DNA of 64,000 nucleotides from Eledone cirrhosa (lineage: Eukaryota): positions 8,060,001 to 8,124,000 of the forward strand of contig OZ024758.1 in assembly GCA_964016885.1 (NCBI GenBank), written 5' to 3'. Shown piece by piece: positions 41,401 through 53,016 of the stretch. The notes under the pieces are model-generated. The model ran no database searches. It was not told where the DNA came from and was given only the letters and a program-made list of their open reading frames with translations. Position 1 is the stretch's first letter. Each line of letters opens with the position of its first letter. The translations under genes were made by a program, and so were the position numbers.

Positions 41401-44400
41401 TACAGCATGGACTGGGTGCTTTTTTGTCGTGACACCTACATGACCTCTTTAGTTTTACAGTAATTACATGCTAGAAATAATTTTATAAAATATCACTCTA
41501 ATCTTTAATCAACATAAACAAACTATAGGGTTCCTCTTATACACCATTAATTTATCAAAACATTTACTAATGCTGGACTCCAAAAAATTAAATATACTCA
41601 ATGCTGTTATCATTATTGACAATACGGGTTTATTAATTATTCATATTACTGAAAAAAAGAAAAAAAAACCTGCTTATTTTTTAAATCAATTTATTTTCTT
41701 TGATCTATTTGTGGGATTAATCTTTTCTGCTTATTGGTTTTCTATTATTATCTTTCACTTCTTATTTTCCTCTTTCTACAGGAGAGTTCATTATACCTGT
41801 TGGAGCTTATGGACAATTTCATATGGAAACTGGTAACAATGTTGCTAATTCTACACTTTTCACACAAAATAATTACCATTTTTATTTTTTGTTTTCATGT
41901 TTATTAGTGTATTGTGTATTCCTGCGAGAGAGGTGATATATTAAACTATTTTTTAATAAACTATATACATTTTTTTGCATGTTTCTAACAAATGTAATTA
42001 GTAAATATTGGCTACCTGTTGAAGCAGAATTGAATTAACCATAAGACCTTTATTTGTGTGTGTGAGTGAGTGTGTCAATAAAAGAAATACATTATTTCTC
42101 TCCTTTTCTTCATTTTCTCTGTTTTCTATTTCAATCTTGTCTGTTTTCTTTTTTCCTCTCTCTCTCAAGCATTTTCACTCCTCTTTTTCTGTCTTCTGAT
42201 GAAAGATTAGCAACTGAAACATTAAGACTCTTTTCTAACTATATCAATCATTAAACTAGTATAATGTCATTGTATTGCTTTGCTCTCCTGTATTGATTTT
42301 CTTATGTGTGTGTGTATCAAAGGTAACTTAGGAACTTTCTCTATTTTTCAGCCACTAAGGGAGCCTCTATTGTTCAATGGACATTTAATTATAATTGTTG
42401 GAAATTGCTCAAATGTGAACTTCAAGAGCTTTTACTTCAAGTTTCAAGATCTCCAAGTACGTCTTTGTTTGAATCTAATTTCTTTCTGAAAATCTCAATA
42501 GTAGAAATGGTTATGAAAGATAGCTTTTCTCAAACATTGTCTTAAAATTTTGGCTGAAGGTAATGGGTTTAACCCTTTCATGACTACATTTCTAATTAAA
42601 TACACTCTATTTTGATGGATTTACTAAAATTATTAATTACTTCATTACTAAGTTAGTAACTTAAGGTGTTTATATAAAATTATGTTGGAAGATTTTTATT
42701 TAAATTGTAAACCTTTAATGGATGGTTTTATTTCCTAGAGACAGAGCTAGTTTTGGCTGGGTTGGTAACAAAAGGGTTAAATAAAAACCCCTTAAAATAA
42801 GTGCTTTTGTTTCATAGAGTCAGAGGTAGTTTTGCGTGGGTTGCTATGAAAATGAATGGTTTTATTTCCTAGAAGCAGAGCTAGTTTTGGCTGGGTTGGT
42901 AACTAAAGGGTTAAAATTTAATACATCATAAGGTTATATAATTAAAAAATATACTACTGTCCAATTGGACGTTAAATGATGATGATGATGATGAAGGAAG
43001 GAAGTCGATCGACAAGATCCCAGGCTTCATTTACTTACCAAGTAGGACTTATCAAATTGGACCAAGGAAACAATGTTTCCATTGATCTTTCCACTGCTGA
43101 TACTATCTACTGGTTGCAACTCCTGGCAGAAAGAGTAACGTGAAATAAACAACATAATGCATAGCCTGGTCCAGGAATTAAACTTGCAACCTCACAATTA
43201 CGAAGCCAATTTTCTAACCACTAAGCCATGCACCTTTACATAGCAGTAAAGATGAGTGATGGTGTGAGAGAGAAAGAAATGGACAGCATTAGAGATGGGC
43301 AATGTTAAATGAGGGTGTGTCATGGAAGATTGAAATGAGAGAGAAAGAATGATGACTTACAGTAAAGAAGGTGGTTGAAAAAAAAAATAATAATATGGAT
43401 AGATCATCATCATCATCATCATATTACATCCACTTTTCCCTGCTTGCAAGGGTGGGACAGGTCCTTTTCAGCACAGCATCTCTCCATTCGTCACAGTCCT
43501 TCGTCATCTCCTCTGTGAGCTTCAGCGATCTGAGATTCAGCTCTCACCACCTCCGCCCATGATTTTCGTGGTCTTCCTTCCACTGGGGTTTCTTGGCACT
43601 TCTTTACCCAGCGGTCATCCTCCATACCAACGCAGTCTTCTCTCCCTTGTGTTATCCTATCATGTTGTGTTGTGATGAAATAAACCTACAGTGATAAAGC
43701 CTTATATTGAGGTTGAATGGGAACCCATCCAATGCCATCCCTCATTAAGTAGTCATAGGGGTTTGGTGAATAATAAATGAGAGGGTAAAGAAGCCAATAG
43801 CTGCAAACTTAACTAGAATATATGTAAATATATTATAAATCCTCACCTCCATTATCCAACTATTTTGATGATCATTTTAATGTATTGTCATATGTAGCTA
43901 GGTTTTCTCTAGCATTAGGTATCTTCACTCACCATATTTCTTAGATACCATGTTGATATTCTGATAAAATACAGCAGAATTCAGTTCCCATGTTGTAATA
44001 AAGATATCATGTAGATATTCTGATAAAATACAGTAGAATTCAGTTCCCATGTTGTAATAAAGATATCATGTAGATATTCTGATAAAATACAGCAGAATTC
44101 AGTTCCCATGTTGTAATAAAGATATCATGTAGATATTATGATAAAATACAGTAGAATTCAGTTCCCATGTTGTAATAATTGTTTCTACTTGTGGCACAAG
44201 GCCAGCAATTATCCCAGTGTATTACTGCTACTTTATTTTATCGACCCCGTAAGGATGAAAGGCAAAGTTAACCTCGGCGGGATTTGAACTCAGATCATAA
44301 AGGGCCGTAATTCTTTGCTGCAAAGCATGGCGTCCGACCCTCTACCAATACTGCCAATCCACCGCCCTAGCATGGCGTCCGACGCTCTACCGATACTGCC

Positions 44401-47400
44401 AATCCACCGCCCGATTTGTAATAATGATATCATGTAGATATTTTAATAAAATACAGTAGAATTCAGGTCCCATGTTGTAATAAAGATATCATGTAGATAT
44501 TATAATAAAATACAGTATAAAAATATAACATGTAGATTTGTAAGATTTGTAGTTCTGATTCTATTGGATAATATATTATTTCTCTTCTTGTAATCTACAG
44601 AGAATGTAATAGAAGTCTGTAAGGAATCAACAAAATAATAAAGAAATGTTGGTATATGTTATTACGATGGTGAAAGAGAAATGAAATTTATAAAAATAGT
44701 TCTAAAAACTAAAGTATCACAATAGGTCTTTTGTTTTCAAGTTGAATGTCATCTTTATAAATAGCAAAGATACTAGTGTGAAACTAAAATGGTATTTTTT
44801 CACCTTGTTTAGCCGTAGGGCAGCTTTAAGAGAGCAGACTTAGAATTAAACACCTTCAAACCATCACCATCCTCTCTTTTTACATGTACAGTAAATCAGA
44901 TACTATGAAGGAGTGATGCTAGAGCTATGAAATCTTTCCTGCAGTTAATTTCAAATCTTATTAATAACTGCATTGTTTTTTCCAGGGACTATGTTTAAAA
45001 ATAAACCTCAGTTCGTCATTCCATGAGAGTATCTTAGTCAGCCTATGTACTTATCATCCGAACCTCTTAATCTATCCTTGTTTTCAGATTGTATGACATG
45101 GTTTGAGGGGAAATTTGACTGATGTTTTTAACAGGTCAGCAACCATCTAGTTTCCCCAAGTAATTGCTTCCATGCATGGCCCTGTGACACCCAGGTGAGT
45201 CGTAGGGGCACCGTATTAACATGCAGCATTTCTAGGACTTTCTTTTAAAAATCTGGTGGAGCCCATCTCCTCTCCAGGTCTGAATACAGCAGATTTCTTC
45301 CAGAGAATGAGAGAGAGGAAGTGGGAAAGAGATATAGAGGAAGAATTGACTCCAGTATTTGACTGGTACTTTTCTATCGACCTCAAAAGGATGAAAGACA
45401 AAGTTAACCTCAGCAGGATTTGAACTGAGAGATCAGAAAGCTGGAACAAATACCACAAAGCCTTCTATCCAACACTCTAACGACTCTGCCATTTCTTCAC
45501 CTCTCACCAAGTAGTGTAATGTGTAATTATAGATATTTTTATATTGTTCTTCTGAAGCTAGTTTTGCATTCCTGTCTTTCAGATTTGGTTGATAATGAAC
45601 AGATTGGCCGTGCATGCCAAGTTGTCAACCTTATTAAATCAATAATCACCAATGTTCCAGATTGTGTAAACCAGTTTGAAGAGTTGACACACCTGTGCTA
45701 TCAAATTATACACAGGTATGAGCAAGTTTCCTTCGTCCTTTTCTCTTTTGTTTTAAAATGTAAATAAAAACATTTCAACTTCTCTACATCTTCCATCTTC
45801 ATAAATTCAACTTTAGTGAACAAGATTTATGTAATGTTGTTCTCTAATGAGAACATCATCATCATCATCATCATCATCATCTAATGACCGCTTTAGCTGC
45901 CAACAGGGGTTGGACGGGTCTACATAGACCAAGTCAGTACTGTGTCCTGCTTGCGTACAGTCATATCAAGTGCAGAGAAGTTGTTGTCGTGTCTTTTGAC
46001 ACAAACTAAAGGATCCTCATAACCACTTTACAGCATGTACCGGGTGCTCTTATTGTGTAGATCACCAGCACTTGGCATAATTAAAGGGTCCTCATAACCG
46101 TTTGTTTGACAAACTTTTTCTAAATAGAACATTGACAATAATTTTCTCTTGGGTAAAGAAATCAGCCATGTACTTGTAAGTGGTTCAGTAAAAAGCCATT
46201 CTATTCAGTTTTTTGTACCTATGGTAGGGCAGTGGATTGACTGTATCAGTAGAGCATTGGATACAATGCTTTGCAGCATAGAGTTGTGGTTCTTTACATT
46301 TTGTGTTCAAATCCCATCAAAGCTAGCTTTGCTTTTCATTCTTACAGCGACTATAAAATAAAGTACCAGTAATGCACTGGAGTCAATTAATTGCCTTTCC
46401 CCTCCCCCGAATCATGATGGCCTTGTGCCTAAATCAGAAACCATTATTATTTCCTATGCTATTATTAATGTAGTCAGCACCTTAATGTATTTGTTAGTTC
46501 TTTGTAGAATAATCTATCAATTGCAAATTCTCCAATTTCTCATTCTCTAAATATTTTACACTTCATACTTATGTAAAAAAAAAAAAAAAAGCAATTCTAA
46601 TTACTCCAAAAGTAAAGTGGCTGTATAATCGTCATGACAAAAAGCATCCAGTCCATACTATATAATGGTTGTGTAGGCGTTGCAGCAAAAAGCTCCTTAT
46701 TATGTCACAGGAATTCTGCCTATTTAGGGTCTACTTTTCTGGGAAATACATTAATTTAGGTGTCAGACATTCAGTTCTTCGAAATTCCAAAGTCTCATCA
46801 TCAAAACTGGTGGAAGGATCCATCGTTATCAAGTTTCTTACAGTTTAGGGAGGCCTACAGTGTTTATAGTAACTACATTTCTTCAGGTTAGTCAACTTCA
46901 AAAAAAAAAAAACATTTTATGTAAAAAAAATGACCTCTTCTTTGAAGATACATGTCAGTAGAGCAATGAATGGTTTCAAACGCTGGTGAAACTACATGCA
47001 CCAAAGAACACAAGTTTTCAGGACTATCTCATCTCTGTTAATATGGGTGGAAGTTCTATAATTTAACATCCGTTTTCCCCTGCTTGAATGAAATGGTTGC
47101 AAATCACACTTAGGGGTTTGAAGCAGGGTGGGGTGGGGGTATTTCAAAAGATTTGCATAAAATAAAGCAGCAAACTTTGGGTTTTTTGGGGGTTTTTTTT
47201 TTTTTTTATTTATTTATTGCTTCTAGTACTGAATGACTCACATGCTAATACTTCTCTATAATGCACAGAAATTTATATATAAGCCATCTATAGTAACTTA
47301 ACTAATATAACTTTAGCACTTAAGTTTTGTGCAACAGAGAGGAAAAAGGCCATAAAAAGATAATTAAATTTACATTAACACTATGATAAGTACCTTTATT

Positions 47401-49500
47401 TTTAAAAAAAAGCAAATTGCTTAATGGTGTTTCTTTTTCTCTTGAACTCAGACAGCTGAAAGTAATAACTGTATGAAACCAAACCAATATATTTTATCTC
47501 CAAATCATGTACCATGGTTGTAACACACATACACACACATATATATATATATATATCGTCATCATCATCATCATCATCATCATCGATGAACGTCCATCTT
47601 CCACGCTAGCAGGGGTTAGGCAGGTCCTATATTAAGGCAAGTTGTGTCGGGGTGACCATGTCTCGCTCAAATAGGGGTGTTTCTGGCTAGTTTTCTACGT
47701 CTGGATGCCCTTCCTAATGCCAACCACATTTACATATATATATATATTGTTATACTTTGGGAGGGTCATGTTGCCAACAAAAACACACGCACCTGTTGGT
47801 TTTCCCTTCAATTTATTATAAATTTCCGATTGGCTGGTTGGTCGGTTGGTTCAATAACCGGAAGGTTGTTTATATATTGTCAAAGGTCTTTCGTCACACA
47901 TTCTGTAACCTCCTCAGTGACTATGTTTTTATTTTGTGTGTCTCTCCTTTGTTCTGTCCTACACCATCTACAAGATGGTGTAGGACAGAACAAAGGAGAG
48001 ACAATATATAAACAACCAACCGGAAATTTATAATAAATTGAAATGAAAACCAACAAGTGCGGGTGTTTTTATTGGCAACATGACCCTCCCAAAGTATCAC
48101 AATATCTGTTTCAACACACGTTTACAGATAAGAAATCTCGCAAAACCAATTACAAAACAAATTATATATATATATATATATATAGGAACAAGTAAGACCC
48201 CGACGGCAGAGCTCAAGCCGTTTCGACGGCTAATTCTGGACTGGAATTCAGTCCAGAATTAGCCGTCGAAACGGCTTGAGCTCAGCTGTCGGGGTCTTAC
48301 TTGTTCCTATTACCCACTCTACTACCCTAAGTATTGAGTACTTTGGTGCGTTATGGTCCACCTGGTTCCTTACCACATTTCCTTCGTTATATATATATCA
48401 TCATCACCATTTTACGTCCGTTCTTCCACGCTAGCATGGGTTAGACGGGTTGTCCTGTTGTGGGCAGTGTCTGGTCGGCTGACCATGCCTTGCTCATACA
48501 GGAACTGATTTGGCTTGATTTCTACAGCTGGATGCCCTTCCTAACACCAACCTCATTTACAGTGAGTGCTGGGTGCTTTTTCGTGGCGCCTACACGTCCA
48601 CTTTGCAGTGTGGGCTGGGTGCTTTTTTGCCGTGGCACCTCCACGACCACCTTGCAGTGGGGGCATATTGTCTATATATATATATAGTAATATATACACA
48701 CACACATATATATATATAATAATATATACACACACACACATATACATATACAGGGTGAGGACGATATTTGTTCGCAATTTTCAACTGCTAATTTTATGCA
48801 AATTTTTTTACTTCCGTAAATATATATATACAATACATAAAGGGAGAAAGGCTTAAGCGATACTCCGACCAACTCCATCTCACTCAACAAACATTAGGAT
48901 ATACTTAAGTATTATCCCAATTTAGTGTTTGGGGTGCTAACTAATCAGTATTTCGTGGATAGCTGGTTGTATTATTTTATATGAGACATTATTAAATAAA
49001 TATCTTTTTCCTTATATATATATATATATAAACACACCGAACATTATAATAAATGTTCGGTAAACCCATACGTACATATATATGTGTGTGTGTGCATGCA
49101 TGTATGTATGTATATACATACTACTGTACGTCTGTACATTAGATATAATAATAATAATAATAATGAAATTATTGTGTAAAGTGCTCAGGTGCACTACAAC
49201 TCGTCAAAGGTGTATGTATAGTACATAGAATAATACACAAATGTCAGGGAAGTACATGTGTGTATCTGTTAGCTGTAGTGTTGGCGGATCTCGGGAAGCA
49301 TGGAGGCCTTAAAGGATGCAGTGTCTCGACAGCTAACAACTGATGCAGGTAGTTTGTTCCATGCTTCAGCAACTCTGAGCGTGAAAAAATGTTTCCGAAA
49401 GTCATGGGAACTGTATACATATATGTATGTACATATGCATACTTATATTTAAGTATCAGCCGTACTAAGAGTGAGAAATGAAATTTCATTTCATTCTTTT

Positions 49501-49590
<90 letters not shown>

Positions 49591-52500
49591 ATGTGTATAT
49601 TCACCACAATAATCTATACATTGAAGCCTGTGGGCAAAATATATTCTTTAAAAGTTATTGTGAGCAAAATATTTTGTAAGAGAAGATAGTTTATCCCAAT
49701 ATCTTTAGATTTGCTTTTACAGAAGAAACCTTGTGACATAGATATATGAATTACTGAATATCTTCTTAGCTGATTTTACAAGATTCTCAGAATCTATACA
49801 GAATATCAATATGATCACATTTATATATCTTCCATACTGACTCTTATTTCTTTATTTAGGTTGTTGTTGTTGTTGTTGCTGTTGCTGTTGTTGTTGTTAT
49901 TATTAGGAAGGGCGGTGGATTGGCAGTATCGGACGCCATGCTTTGCAGCACAGAGTTACGTCCCTTTACGGACTGGGTTCAAATCCCGCCAAGGTTAACT
50001 TTGCCTTTCATCCTTACGGTAGAATAAAGTACCAGTAATGTACTGGGTAATTACTGGCCTTGTTCCAAAAGTAGAAACAATTATTATTATGTGAATTTGG
50101 CAGTATCGGTAGAAGGTCGGACGCCATGCTTTGCAGCATAGAATTACGGCCCTTTACAGTCTGAGTTCAATTCCTGTCGAGGTCAACTTTGCCTTTCATC
50201 CTTACGGGGTCGATAAAATAAAGTACCAGTAATGTACTGGGGTCGATTTAATCGACTTTCCCCTCCCCCAAAACTTGTTGGCCTTGTGCCTATAGTAGAA
50301 ATCATTATTATTATTATTAAAGCCACATAAAGGGTTAGTGGATTGATAGTATCGGAAGAGCCTCGGGCAATATGCTTTATGGCATAGAGTTATATCCCTT
50401 TACATTCTAAGTTCAAATCCTGCCGAGGTTAGCTTCACCTTTCATCCTTATGTGGTCAATAAAATAAAGTATCAGTAATGTACTGGGGTTGATGTAGTCA
50501 ACTTCCCCCCTCCAAATTATTAGCCTTGTGCAGAAACCATCTGTTGTTTGGAACATAACTTAACAAAGGCTCTTACATAAAATTATGAAATATTTTAATA
50601 AAATATGAACACTTGAAAATAAGCTGCTTTGTATCATAAAACCCACAGCTGTTTGAGGTGGGTTGATATGAAAAGGACTTCATATGTTCCACATCATTTT
50701 AAGCCAGCATACCTTAAGTAAAGATTACTAGAACTACTCAGCTACCCACCTTAAGACTACTCAGGTAAAGCTGGCTGGATCTATTCAACATCAAAACGTA
50801 CTAATTTATCATTCATCATCATCGTTTTTATGTCTGTTTTTCCACATTTGCATGGGCTGGATGGGTCCTTCTCAGTACAGTGTCTCTCCATTTGCCACAT
50901 TCCTTTGTAATCTCCTCTGTGAGTTGCAGTAAATTGAGGTCAGCTCTCATCACCTCTGCCCAGGTCTTTCTTGTTCTACCTCTACTGCGAATTTCCTGGC
51001 ACTTCTTCACCAAGCGATCATCATCCATACACATCACATGTCGGTATCAACACAGTCTTCCTTGGTCAACCTCTACTTCGGCTTCCTTCCACTGGGATTT
51101 CCTGGCACTTCCTCACCATCAATCATCATCCATATTGTTAACAAAAGATATTGTTCTTCCTCTGTTACTGGTTCTAGTCATTATGTTCTATCAATTCAAC
51201 CAGTCGGGAATTGTTTTGTAATCTTTATTACTGGGATCATTTGGTCTCAACTTTATCACACTGCTGTACCATATCTATAACCTGTCATACATACAAAAGA
51301 AACCATTCTAGATATTCAGTTATTTGTTGTAATGAAGTTATAAACTGAAAGAAATACATTACTTTAGGAATATATGATAACAAACTCCATAAAAAATGTA
51401 TATATATATCTATATTTGAATTCTTGGTTCACAAACAGTTGATATTATTGTATTTCCATTTGTTTCCATGCATCACTAAATGTTAAAAAGCTGGTTGTCT
51501 AAAACATATTTATCTAAAACAAGATTATTTATTGATCAGCTGTTACACATCCTCTCTTGTGTGAAACAAGATCAATTAAAGGCTAATCCAACAGATAGAA
51601 CGAAGTTTACAATTGACAGTATGTTCACCAATGTAAAGATTTATTCTTTCTAAAATCTGTTTTTATTTTTATTTATATTTTTTCTGTTGCTGCTTTTCTC
51701 ACTTTTCAAAACACATCTACATTTTCTTCACAATAAATCTCATATTTCTCTATCAGCTCTATAAATACCAGCTTTAAATCTGTTTATGATACAATATAAT
51801 TAATACTTCGAAATATTATTTTAGAAATTCTCTATTCAATTTGCATCATTTAACTTTTTATGGTGATATCTTTGTTTTATAACTTTTAAATTTATTCTCC
51901 AGGATAACTTCTACTTCATGTTTCATCTATTTTTCCCTTTATACTACACCTATTTCATTCTCATCTTCGCTAAATTTTCTTCTATGAACAAACAAACAAT
52001 TATTGTAACCCACAGGCTTTCTGTGGTTGTATATTGTTTCACAAAAATGTGTAAATTATAAAACTGTTTTTTAGCTTCTTTCCACGAAGACAAATTCTAA
52101 TAGGTTAATGGTTATTGATACATAGCTCTCTCTCTCAATTTTCTCTTCCGTTTTTATCTTCCCTAGATTATCTATTTCTATAAATGTGTGCCAACACACT
52201 TCTCCTTGTACTCCTCTCAATCTTTTCTATATTTCATCTGCCTATCACCCACCTTGTAGATTGTCTCTCTGTTGACCACTGGTCTCTGAAGCATCGCTGT
52301 CATTGACACCATTTGGCTGTTTTAACAGCTGTTCCAATGATGGGTTCTTCATTTTCCTTTGAATATATGTTTTCCTTCCTCAAAGGTTATATAGTCTGCA
52401 ATTCCTCACTTCATCGTATCCCTTCATTATACTTATTACTTTTACAACAGGGAACTCATCAAATATTCTCATTCTTGTTCAATTTTTTTTTCCCCTTATT

Positions 52501-52962
52501 CTGTTTCTCTTGTGTAGTCACAAACATGGGCAAATAATTAAGGGGCCAATCTCACTTCGTGCCATCTTGGGGGGTTACAACCCTTTTTTTTTTTTTCATG
52601 CTTTCATGGATGGAACATTGTGAGACATGTTAGACCAGATGACCATGTCTTGCTCAGATAGAACTGTTTCTGACCTGGTTTCTATGGCTGGATGCCCTCC
52701 ATAATGCCAACCAAATTTACTGTGTGGACTGGGTGCTTTTTATCATGACACCAAAACAACCACATCATCATCATCATCATTGTTTAACGTCCATCTTCCA
52801 CGCTAGCATGGGTTGGACGGATTTGTCCCACTTGAGGCAAGATTGGTCGGGTGACCGTGTCTCACTCATACAGAACTGTTTCTGGCAAGTTTTCTATGGC
52901 TGGACGCCCTTCCTAGCACCAACCACATTTACAGTGTGGACTGGGAGCCTTTTTACAATGAT

Positions 52963-53016
<54 letters not shown>

